Assembly (NCBI GenBank): GCA_036378435.1
Contig: DASUWK010000070.1
Location: 2,340 to 66,339 of the forward strand
Length of the DNA stretch: 64,000 nt
Source of the DNA: Candidatus Dormiibacterota bacterium
Lineage (GTDB): Bacteria; Chloroflexota; Dormibacteria; Dormibacterales; Dormibacteraceae
Direction of reading: 5' to 3'
Made by a program: the position numbers and the translations under genes. Of the stretch, positions 18,501 to 26,524 are shown piece after piece. Within the stretch, counting starts at the first letter, position 1. Every line of letters begins with the position of its first letter. The notes under the pieces are model-generated. The model was not told the DNA's origin. It worked only from the letters and a program-made list of their open reading frames with translations, and made no database searches.

Positions 18501-19021
18501 TGCACCGGGGCTCGAGGGGCCAGTCGATGGTGGAGTTCGCGCTCCTGCTGCCGGTGCTCGTGCTGTTCATCTTCGGCATCCTCGACTTCGGCCGCTCGAT
18601 CTACTACTACTCGGCGGTCAGCCAGGCGGTCGGCCAGGCGGCGCGTGCCGCGGCTCTCGCCCCGAACAGCCTGCCTTCCAATTCCGATGTGCTCGCGGCT
18701 GTGCAGTCCGGCGCGGGGTGGATTCAGCTCGCGCCCTGCCCCAATGACACGCCGACGACCACGGGCCTCCCTGCCGGCCAGGCCTGGCTGTTCATCTCAA
18801 ACCCAGGCGGTGCGGACGCCAACAGCGATGGCGCGAATGCGCCTGGAGGAGAGTCGGGAACTCCCGGTGTCGGATGCTCGTCGCCGGCGCGCGCCGTCAC
18901 GGGAGACAAGCTGCAAGTCGAGATCGTGTACAACTTCACGCCTTTCACACCATTGATCGCGCAGTTCACGGGGAACCAGTTATTTCTCAGCAGCACGTCA
19001 GTCCTACCGGTGGAGTACTGA
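18500..19021 (+). CDS. TadE-like pseudopilin/pilus assembly protein (second copy)
   Basis: ATG 18500 overlaps the previous stop (TGATG). N-terminus reads GQSMVEFALLLPVLVLFIFGILDFGRSIYY. Confidence 0.75.
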   Translation: MHRGSRGQSMVEFALLLPVLVLFIFGILDFGRSIYYYSAVSQAVGQAARAAALAPNSLPSNSDVLAAVQSGAGWIQLAPCPNDTPTTTGLPAGQAWLFISNPGGADANSDGANAPGGESGTPGVGCSSPARAVTGDKLQVEIVYNFTPFTPLIAQFTGNQLFLSSTSVLPVEY

Positions 19022-21390
19022 TGCGCCGCGGGCAGCGGGGGCAGGCGATCGTTCTCATCACGATGATGTTCGGCGTCCTTTGCGGGATGGTCGGGCTCGC
19101 CATCGACGGCGGTCGCGCCTATGTGGACCACAGCATGATCCAGAACTCCGCTGACGCGGCGGCGGCAGCCGGGGCCACGACATATATCCGCGACCAGAGC
19201 ATGGCAGCCCCGTTCACCTTGGCGGAGCAGGCGGTGCGGGATACATACATGCTCAACCGCGGCCTGTCGAGTCCGAGCTGCTCGCCTGATTGGGCGGCCC
19301 CGAGCAGCGGCGGCTCGGTGAGCTTCTCGTGCACGTTCGGTTCTGACTCGAGCCAGGCCCTTACGATCACGGTGCAGGACTACGCGCCCCCGTCATCATT
19401 CGACGACTTCACGGCCACCGGCAGCCAATCCCTCTTGACCGCCTTGATACAGGTCGCCGGAGCGGCCAACACGGTCCCCATCTCAGCCACCGGCTGTGCC
19501 GCCACGTGGGACTCGAGCACCTGCGCAGCGGTCCCGCCTGTAGTGCTCGGCACCAGCACCCTCTGCGGCACCGGCGGTGACTCGGTCAAGCTGGTCGGAA
19601 GCGACACGTCCGTGGTGGGCAACGTCGGAACCTATGGCGACGTAGAAGTGCCATCCGGCAGCCATCCGCAGATCGCCGGCGACACGACGTACTCGTGCGG
19701 CAGCGGCCCGAACGTCACGTCCATGTGCTATCCAAGCGGCGCGGTGCTGCCGTGTGCCACTTATCCGACCAGCAGCTTCCACACCGGAAAGCCGCCGCAG
19801 TACAACATCCCGACGGGGTCGGGAAACGGCACCGTGGAGACATTCACCGGCACTGCTGTGAACCTCGACGGCGGCGTCATCGATTCGACCACCGTGTCGA
19901 GGCAGGGCTTCGGCACGTCAGGCACTGAGTACTTCGGTTTCCAGACGGGCCCTTACAAGAGCCCCTGCATCTTCCTGGGCGGCGGCGTGTATGACCTGAA
20001 AGGCGTCAGCGGCTATTTCGACGGCGGCGTCATCAGCAACGAGATCCGACCACCGGACGAGCCGGATATCAACGGCGACCCAACGACGCACAAGCTGGTC
20101 GCTGCCAAGCAGCTCTGGAACATGAACAGCGCCACCTGCGCGGGCTCCTTCACCGCGGCGGAGGTGCCGGACGCGACCGGCTTTGCCATGACGGTGGGGG
20201 ACTATGCGATCCGGCTCACGTCGGTGCGTTACGACACCGTCAACGGCCACTCGTACGAGAGAGAGAGCGCACCGTCAGCGTGCAAGACGACCACCGTGTC
20301 GCTCCCGACCCAGGGGATCAGCATCAATGTCAGCAACGTCCCGGGTGCCCAGGACTACAACGTCTACATGTCCAGCCCGGTACTTTCGGCGGCTGCGAGC
20401 GACGGCGACCCCAACGCCGGCAAGTGCAACGGCTACTTCTACCAACTGGCGACGATCCCCGTGCAGAACTACGTCAATGAAACGAACGTGGACACCAGCG
20501 CCTGCCCGAGCTCTGTCACCAGCGTGCACTGCACGCTTGGAGTCAGCAGCGTGGCGGATCTCAATCTCTGCACCATCGATCGGTTCAAGAATCTGAAGGG
20601 CCTGCTCGCCGGCGGAATCCCCGTGAACTGCACCGCGCTGTTGAACTCGATCCCGGACATCCAGCCGCAGCCGGCGTTCAGCTGCACAGCATCGGCATAC
20701 GTCCAGGTTCCACCGCCGAAGGGCACGCTGAAGAACCCACCGATCTCACATTCGTGCGGGTGGCCCGGTCCTTTCGTGTCGTGCACCGGCGGCTCGTCCG
20801 CCACGCCGCCGCCCTACTGCTTGGAGGAGTTCCTGGCGCCGGCCGACGCCAACCTTCCAGACCAGGACGAGGCGGTGAACTATGAGATAGGCAACTGGGG
20901 CCTCTGCTATGACCCGAGCACTTTCAACTCGATGCTGTGTCCCAACCAGTACGGCGGCTACACGCCGGGTGGTCTGCAGGCAGGCGCCCCGGTGACGCCC
21001 GGCGCCGTCCAGTTCCAGGCCGACTCCGGGGGCTGCTACACCTTCACCAGCAACGACTATCCGTTCCTCTTCAGCGGCTACCAGTATTCATGGGGCTTGT
21101 TGATTCACGCGGGGCCGACGACCTCGGGCTGCGCGGATTCGATCACGCCGGCGTATGGGGGAGAGCTCGTCGGCCACTATTACGGGCCGTCCGTGAACGC
21201 CACTGTGGCCGGCACGACGTCCGACATCCCCGTCTACGGCCCGCAGGCGCCCACGCTCTATGGCTGCTTCATCGCGAGCCGGCCCACGGTCGACGGCACC
21301 AACGGGCTCGCGGTGTATTTCGTGACACCCTCGTCCAACCCCGCCATCGCGATCACGGGGTACGGCATCCCGACCGGCTCGGGCTGCTGA
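19021..21390 (+). CDS. Large Cys-rich TadG-like (Tad_N) secreted or pilus-associated protein
   Basis: ATG 19021 overlaps the previous stop (TGATG). N-terminus RGQRGQAIVLITMMFGVLCGMVGLAIDGGRAY matches the TadG/Tad_N anchor. The remaining ~750 aa are rich in Gly/Ser/Thr/Pro and hold about 26 Cys by my count. I recognised no VWA motif. Confidence 0.6.
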   Translation: MRRGQRGQAIVLITMMFGVLCGMVGLAIDGGRAYVDHSMIQNSADAAAAAGATTYIRDQSMAAPFTLAEQAVRDTYMLNRGLSSPSCSPDWAAPSSGGSVSFSCTFGSDSSQALTITVQDYAPPSSFDDFTATGSQSLLTALIQVAGAANTVPISATGCAATWDSSTCAAVPPVVLGTSTLCGTGGDSVKLVGSDTSVVGNVGTYGDVEVPSGSHPQIAGDTTYSCGSGPNVTSMCYPSGAVLPCATYPTSSFHTGKPPQYNIPTGSGNGTVETFTGTAVNLDGGVIDSTTVSRQGFGTSGTEYFGFQTGPYKSPCIFLGGGVYDLKGVSGYFDGGVISNEIRPPDEPDINGDPTTHKLVAAKQLWNMNSATCAGSFTAAEVPDATGFAMTVGDYAIRLTSVRYDTVNGHSYERESAPSACKTTTVSLPTQGISINVSNVPGAQDYNVYMSSPVLSAAASDGDPNAGKCNGYFYQLATIPVQNYVNETNVDTSACPSSVTSVHCTLGVSSVADLNLCTIDRFKNLKGLLAGGIPVNCTALLNSIPDIQPQPAFSCTASAYVQVPPPKGTLKNPPISHSCGWPGPFVSCTGGSSATPPPYCLEEFLAPADANLPDQDEAVNYEIGNWGLCYDPSTFNSMLCPNQYGGYTPGGLQAGAPVTPGAVQFQADSGGCYTFTSNDYPFLFSGYQYSWGLLIHAGPTTSGCADSITPAYGGELVGHYYGPSVNATVAGTTSDIPVYGPQAPTLYGCFIASRPTVDGTNGLAVYFVTPSSNPAIAITGYGIPTGSGC

Positions 21391-21426
21391 GGGGGCGCTT
21401 AAGCGCGCCCACCGCACTCTCATCCC

Positions 21427-21446
21427 TGCGTTCGCCGGCGAACGCA
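21427..21446. repeat. 20-bp perfect palindrome between convergent genes (probable bidirectional hairpin)
   Basis: TGCGTTCGCCGGCGAACGCA. The core CGTTCGCCGGCGA recurs at 21472-21484. A 12-bp palindrome GCGCTTAAGCGC lies at 21395-21406. Confidence 0.8.
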
Positions 21447-21510
21447 TGCAGCCACGACCTGCGGACCTGTACGTTCGCCGGCGAGGGCGACAATGGGCGC
21501 CGGTTGGCGC

Positions 21511-21991
21511 TCAGTCAGCGCTGAGCGGCGGCCCCAGCAAGGTCATGTCGTATTTCGAAAACACCGCCGCGATGGCATCGGGGTCGGGCTGGCTGGACCG
21601 TGAGATGGGCCCGAGCTCCTCGTAGAACTTGTGTCCGCCACCGGGCGTGTACACCACGACGATCTCTCCCGGCTCGTCGGTCAAGTTCACGAAGGCGTGC
21701 GGGACTTTGGACGGGAGATAGGCGAAGCCACCTTCCTCGCAGTGGAAGACCTCGTCGCCGATCCTGATCTTGTAACCGGCCTTTCAGAACCTGAATCGTC
21801 TCCTCTTGCTTGTGGTGAACATGGAGTGGGGGACCGCCTTTCGGCGCGACGTCGACGATGAAATAGTCGAAGGCCCCATTCGTCTCCTCGCCCGTGACCT
21901 TGAAGATGAGGTCCCGGCCGGGACCGGACTGAAGGCGCATGCCCTCGCCTGGACCTAGAACCGTGTACTGGCTGGTCGTCGTGATCGCCAT
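21511..21991 (-). pseudogene. Cupin-domain protein interrupted by a 1-nt frameshift (or an assembly indel)
   Basis: The frame from ATG 21991 gives ...GGPPLHVHHKQEETIQVLKG and then nonsense. Shifting by one base near 21776-21782 restores GYKIRIGDEVFHCEEGGFAYLPSKVPHAFVNLTDEPGEIVVVYTPGGGHKFYEELGP...LSAD, ending at stop 21511-21513. Confidence 0.7.
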
Positions 21992-22081
21992 GTATCCCGC
22001 CTCCTTTGCTTGAGTGGTTAGGGGCGAGATTATATGGTGCCTAATTACGTGTCAAGGCCCTTATGATCAGGCACCGAACAT

Positions 22082-22627
22082 ATGGACTTTCCAATTCGAG
22101 TCGGACCCGACTTCGCCGCGAAGTACCCAGACGCCAGCGCTTCGGCGACCGAGTGCGCGATGAACCTTGCTTCCGCCGGCGACCTGCTCCTGTCGCGGAT
22201 CGCCGCGACGCTTCAGCCGCTCGACGTCACCCCTTCCGGGGGGTTGGTACTGGGCATCCTCAACGATGCCGGCGAGCCCTGCCCGCCGAACTACATCAGC
22301 GAGCGCCTGATCGTGAGTCGGGCCGCCGTGACCGGTGTATTGGACACGTTAGCAAAGCGCGGCCTGGTGCGACGGGAGCCGCATCCGCGCGACCGGCGGA
22401 TGGTTCTCGTGCACCTTACGGAGGCAGGTTTCCGGATGGCTGACGAGGTCCGCCGCACGGTGCATCGCGCCGAGGCCGGGTGGGTGAGTCCCTTGAGCGA
22501 GGCGGACCGCGCGGAGTTGACGGCGCTCCTGGCCAAGCTGCAACGACAACTTGCTTCGAAGGATCGAGATCAGTCCGACGACTCTGAGCCGGCCACCAGC
22601 TCGCCTACCTCCAGCATCGCCACTTAG
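22082..22627 (+). CDS. MarR-family transcriptional regulator
   Basis: 181 aa. Winged helix: ISERLIVSRAAVTGVLDTLAKRGLVRREPHPRDRRMVLVHLTEAG. Divergent from the cupin gene. Confidence 0.85.
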   Translation: MDFPIRVGPDFAAKYPDASASATECAMNLASAGDLLLSRIAATLQPLDVTPSGGLVLGILNDAGEPCPPNYISERLIVSRAAVTGVLDTLAKRGLVRREPHPRDRRMVLVHLTEAGFRMADEVRRTVHRAEAGWVSPLSEADRAELTALLAKLQRQLASKDRDQSDDSEPATSSPTSSIAT

Positions 22628-22801
22628 GACGCCATCGTGAGGAGGCTAGAAGCACCGGGCTCGCGATCGGAGACGCTTCCATGATGCTGTCGATAATGAC
22701 CGTTAAAGAAAGCATTAGGTTCAAGTCAGGCCGCTGAGCCTCTTCTGGCTTTACCGAGGCCCATTGCGAAGACGCGCTCCTATCCTTAGGTTCGCAGACC
22801 A

Positions 22802-23938
22802 GTGAGGAATCCAGACTGGGCCCGGCTGCGCGATCAGTCCGTGGTCGTGCTGACAGCGCTGGTGCTGGCGGCGTTGTTCATCTGGCTGATCGGCCACGTG
22901 ATCGACACGGTCGCGCTGATCGCGATCGCGGTCGTGCTCGCGCTGATCCTCGAGCCGCTGATGGTGTGGCTCGAGCGGCGCATGCCGCGGCTGCTGGCCG
23001 CTGCGCTGGTCTACATCGTCTTCCTGGGCTCGGTCGGAGGCATTGGCTTCGGGCTCTGGCCGGCGGTGCGGTCGCAGTTCATGCAGCTGGCCCAGGCTCT
23101 GCCCAGGTACCTGAGCCAGGCTGACTCCTACGTGGCCGCCAACGCCCACGTCGTCGGCCTGCAGCACCTGGGCACGCACCCGATCACGGACGCCTTGACC
23201 AAGGGCGGGCTGCCGGGCGGCGGCACGGGCAGCGTCGCGCTGGCCGCGGCCGGCTTCTTCACCCAGGTGGCGCAGGGCATGGCCAGCGTCGTCTTCATCC
23301 TCGTGCTCGCCTTCTACTTCATGGTCGACGGCAACCGGATGCGGGCCGGCTTCGCGCGCGTCTTCCCGCGCGAGCACCAATCCAAGATCCGCTTTGTCGA
23401 GGACACGGTCAGCCAGGTGCTGGGCTCTTACGTCCGCAGCCAGCTGATCATGGCCGCGCTGATGGCGATCTCGGCCGGCATCGGCTGCGCGATCCTCGGC
23501 GTCCGCTACCCGGCGATCATCGCGCTGCTCACGTTCCTGGCCGAGCTGGTGCCCCTGGTCGGACCCTTCCTGGCCGCGATCCCGGCGATGCTGATCGCCA
23601 TCTTCCAGTCCTTCGGCCTGATGGTCGAGGTCACGTTCTTCTTCGTGATCATGCAGATGGCCGAGAACGCGATCATCCGGCCGCGCATTACCGGCCCCAT
23701 GGTCGGGCTGCACCCGGTCGAGGCGCTGCTCGCCCTGGTGGTCGGCGCCCAGACCGCGGGTTTCTGGGGCGCGTTGTTCGCCGTCCCGGCCGTGGGCATC
23801 GCCGTCGTCCTTCTCAACGTCGCCTGGAAAGCCTGGAAGGGCGAACCACTGGTCCACGACCGCCGCGGGATGAAGCTCGAGGTCGTGGAAGAGCCCGTGG
23901 AACCGACGCCGGCGCCAGCCGGCGGCCGCCCACCCTAG
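22802..23938 (+). CDS. AI-2E family transporter (PerM/UPF0118 permease)
   Basis: 378 aa, about 8 TM helices. Family-typical C-terminal region: LTFLAELVPLVGPFLAAIPAMLIA...AENAIIRPRITG. Confidence 0.8.
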   Translation: MRNPDWARLRDQSVVVLTALVLAALFIWLIGHVIDTVALIAIAVVLALILEPLMVWLERRMPRLLAAALVYIVFLGSVGGIGFGLWPAVRSQFMQLAQALPRYLSQADSYVAANAHVVGLQHLGTHPITDALTKGGLPGGGTGSVALAAAGFFTQVAQGMASVVFILVLAFYFMVDGNRMRAGFARVFPREHQSKIRFVEDTVSQVLGSYVRSQLIMAALMAISAGIGCAILGVRYPAIIALLTFLAELVPLVGPFLAAIPAMLIAIFQSFGLMVEVTFFFVIMQMAENAIIRPRITGPMVGLHPVEALLALVVGAQTAGFWGALFAVPAVGIAVVLLNVAWKAWKGEPLVHDRRGMKLEVVEEPVEPTPAPAGGRPP

Positions 23939-23960
23939 CAGAGCTCTCCGGAAGAGAGCC

Positions 23961-24362
23961 TCACGCCGTCCGGCCCAGGCCCTCCTCCAGTTCCTGAACC
24001 GCGGCCGCGGGGCTCTCCTCCAGACGTCTCAGGAACGCGATCAGCGCGAACGCGGACTCCTCGAGCTCTGCCAGCAGCACCGTGTGCGGCGCTCCAGGCA
24101 GCTCGGCGCGCGCCGCCAGGGCGTCCAGCGCCGCCAGCCGCGCGGCCATGTGGCGCCGGGCCTCGTCCGGCAGCTCACCGTGAGCGCCGGCAGGCCTCAG
24201 CACACTGCTCCAAGCGTTCCGCACGTCGCGCATGCGCTCGCTCAGGAGCTTCTTCGTGAAGCGCCGCGCCTCGGGCTCCGGATCAGATCCGAGCCAAGCA
24301 CCCTGGCGGCGGGCCACATGAGCCAGCCGCCGGAGCTGTACCTCGACATTGAACGTACGCAT
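23961..24362 (-). CDS. Hypothetical helical protein under a LexA-box promoter
   Basis: 133-aa ORF with an ATG start. I recognised no family. Coding is supported by the dedicated promoter/operator immediately upstream and by GC3-rich codons. Confidence 0.5.
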   Translation of the reverse strand: MRTFNVEVQLRRLAHVARRQGAWLGSDPEPEARRFTKKLLSERMRDVRNAWSSVLRPAGAHGELPDEARRHMAARLAALDALAARAELPGAPHTVLLAELEESAFALIAFLRRLEESPAAAVQELEEGLGRTA

Positions 24363-24370
24363 GTTCGGAA

Positions 24371-24404
24371 GTCATAGTACCGCGAACAGGCGTTCGTACG
24401 CAAC
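24371..24404 (-). promoter_or_regulatory. SOS promoter: TTGCGT - 18 nt - TACTAT with an embedded LexA box
   Basis: CGAACAGGCGTTCG at 24383-24396 is identical to the recA operator. The -10 element lies only ~11 nt before ATG 24362, so the mRNA is near-leaderless and has no SD. Confidence 0.65.
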
Positions 24405-24417
24405 CCCTCCCCCCTCT

Positions 24418-25032
24418 TTACAGGGGTCGCGGCGGGGCGAAGATCAGGCACAGCCCGTCCGCGACCGGACCCGCTTCGCCGCCGTCGGCCAGCAGATGCC
24501 CGACGGCCTCGTTGACCGCGCCGACGACCGCCCGCCCGAATACGAGCGGGTCGACCGCGGCATAGAACGGATCGCGGTCGGTCGTGGCCTGGCGCACCTC
24601 TTCGGCCACCATGTTCACGAAGCGCTCCTGGAGCGTGCGGCGCAGAGATTCGACTCGTGGGGTCAGGCCCACGGACTCGACCACCATCATCCGGGCGACC
24701 GGCGCCGAGCGGCCGGTGCAGAGGCGCACGAACGCCCTGATTCCGCCGCACATCCGGTCGCGGTGGTCGCCGCCCTCGGCCGCCGCGTCCACGATCTGGT
24801 GGATCACGGCGCCGCCCTCCTGCTCCAAAAGCGCGCAGAAGCAGTCTTCCTTGGACTGGAAGAACTCGTAGAAGGCGCTCTTCGACATGCGCGCCGCACC
24901 TACAACGTCCTCGACCGACGTGAGGTGAAACCCCTTGTCGGCGAACAGCGCCAGGGCGGCCTGCAGCAGGCGCCGCCGGCGCTGCTCGAGACGGGCCTGC
25001 CGCCTGGACTCGGGATCTACCTGCGCCGCCAT
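24418..25032 (-). CDS. TetR/AcrR-family transcriptional regulator
   Basis: 204 aa. N-terminal HTH: RRRLLQAALALFADKGFHLTSVEDVVGAARMSKSAFYEFFQSKEDC. Confidence 0.9.
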   Translation of the reverse strand: MAAQVDPESRRQARLEQRRRRLLQAALALFADKGFHLTSVEDVVGAARMSKSAFYEFFQSKEDCFCALLEQEGGAVIHQIVDAAAEGGDHRDRMCGGIRAFVRLCTGRSAPVARMMVVESVGLTPRVESLRRTLQERFVNMVAEEVRQATTDRDPFYAAVDPLVFGRAVVGAVNEAVGHLLADGGEAGPVADGLCLIFAPPRPL

Positions 25033-25215
25033 GTCAGCCGTGCGTCCGGGAAGCCCTGGCCGGACCTGGCGGGCTGATGCGGCGCGTCTGCATTGTCATC
25101 TCCTGCGCGGCTCCTCGCCGTATTGGGATACGGCTCGTCCGCTGCTCGTCGCTTCCTCCCATCCGCGGCACCTCAGGCCGCCATTTCTCGGCAAGGCTCC
25201 CGGACACACGGCTGG

Positions 25216-26415
25216 TTAGTTTGCGGCGAGCGTCCGGGAGATGACCAGTCGCTGGATCTCAGAGGTGCCTTCGAAGATCGTGTAGATCTTCGCGTCGCGG
25301 TGCCACTTCTCGACCGGGAACTCGCGGATGTAGCCGTAGCCGCCGCAGATCTGGATCGCCTCGTCGGTCACCTTGACCGCCACCTCGCCGGCCTTGAGCT
25401 TGGCCATCGAGCCTTCGGCCATCTTGAACTCGCCGCCGCTCTTCGACTCCCAGAGCGCACGCCAGATCAGGGCGCGCGTCGCTTCGATCTCGACGGCCAT
25501 GTCGGCGAGCTTCCAGGCGATCGCCTGGTTCTCGATGATGGGCTTGCCGAACTGCTTGCGCTCCTTCGCGTACTGCAGCGCGAACTCGAACGCGGCTCGG
25601 GCGATGCCCAGCGCCTGCGCGCCAACCAGTGGCCGGGAGGCCTCGAAGGTCCTCATCGCCACGTTGGTCCGGCCGGAGCTCTCGCCCGAGCGCACCCGCG
25701 CCAGCCGGGCTTCGAGCTTCTCCTCCCCACCGAGCAGGCAGTCCGCCGGGACCTTGACGTCGTTCAGGATCACCGAGGCGGTGTGCGAGGCTCGGATCCC
25801 GAGCTTCTTCTCCTTCTTGCCCTGGGTGAGCCCGGGCGTGCCCGGCGGGACCACGAACGACGCCTGGCCGCGTGAGCCGAGCGAGCGGTCGACCGAGGCC
25901 ACGACGACGTGGACGTCGGCGATGCCGCCGTTGGTGATGAACACCTTCTCGCCGTTCAAGACCCAGTCGCCGTTCTTTTTGACCGCGCTGGTCTTGTAGC
26001 CGGAGACGTCGGAGCCGGCGTCGGGCTCGGTGGCGCAGAAGGCGCCGAGGGCGAGCTTGTCCGGCGTTCCGAAGCAGGCCGGGACCCAGGTCCCGATCTG
26101 CTCGGGCGTCCCCTGCCCCACGATCGCGGCGATCGGGAGCTGCGAACCCTGGATGGCGAGCGCGATCCCGGCGCAGCCCCAGGACAGCTCCTCGGCCACC
26201 AGCGCCGGCAGCACGCCGGTCTCGTCGCCGTGGATCTGGGCCAGGAAGTCGGTGCCGTAGAGCCCGACGTCGGCGGCCTTCTTCACGACGTCCCAGGGGA
26301 ACTCTTCCTTCTCGTCGTACTCGTGCGCGACGGGCCGGATCTCCCGCTCGGCAAAGTCGTGGACCCAGTCGCGGATCTCGCGCTGATCGTCGGTGAGCTC
26401 GAACGAAACGCCCAT
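25216..26415 (-). CDS. Acyl-CoA dehydrogenase
   Basis: 399 aa. ACAD signatures: CATEPDAGSDV, ITNGGIADV, QICGGYGYIREFPVEKWHRDAKIYTIFEGTSEIQ. Confidence 0.93.
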   Translation of the reverse strand: MGVSFELTDDQREIRDWVHDFAEREIRPVAHEYDEKEEFPWDVVKKAADVGLYGTDFLAQIHGDETGVLPALVAEELSWGCAGIALAIQGSQLPIAAIVGQGTPEQIGTWVPACFGTPDKLALGAFCATEPDAGSDVSGYKTSAVKKNGDWVLNGEKVFITNGGIADVHVVVASVDRSLGSRGQASFVVPPGTPGLTQGKKEKKLGIRASHTASVILNDVKVPADCLLGGEEKLEARLARVRSGESSGRTNVAMRTFEASRPLVGAQALGIARAAFEFALQYAKERKQFGKPIIENQAIAWKLADMAVEIEATRALIWRALWESKSGGEFKMAEGSMAKLKAGEVAVKVTDEAIQICGGYGYIREFPVEKWHRDAKIYTIFEGTSEIQRLVISRTLAAN

Positions 26416-26445
26416 CAGTCCTCCTAGGGTTGGCTTGTGTTATTG

Positions 26446-26500
26446 GTACGCCCGCGTACCGTCGGAATGGTAGCGTACGTGCGCGTACCGCACAGGTCAA
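26446..26500 (-). promoter_or_regulatory. Acyl-CoA dehydrogenase promoter with two GTACG-N4-CGTAC palindromic operators (likely TetR sites)
   Basis: Read on the minus strand: TTGACC (26495-26500), a 17-nt spacer, TACGCT (26472-26477). Operator GTACGTGCGCGTAC (26475-26488) overlaps the -10/spacer. Operator GTACGCCCGCGTAC (26446-26459) sits downstream. The centres are 29 bp apart. Confidence 0.55.
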
Positions 26501-26524
26501 CCGCTTAGTGCGAGGCGCCCGACT

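Noticed and set aside
21427-21446. A GTTC...GAAC-containing palindrome considered as a fifth LexA box.
   Set aside because: The half-sites are in the opposite order (GTTC-N6-GAAC, not GAAC-N4-GTTC). The element also lies between two convergent 3' ends, not in a promoter.
22681-22737. 18-aa ORF (MMLSIMTVKESIRFKSGR) in the unusually AT-rich 174-bp leader upstream of the AI-2E transporter. It could be a leader peptide or attenuator.
   Set aside because: It has no convincing SD, no alternative hairpins that I could pair, and no enrichment for a regulatory amino acid. The AT-rich stretch is more simply the transporter promoter region.
25093-25875. Plus-strand 260-aa ORF spanning the tetR-dehydrogenase spacer and running antisense into the acyl-CoA dehydrogenase.
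   Set aside because: It has low-complexity Arg/Leu/Asp/Gly composition and overlaps a very well supported gene on the opposite strand.
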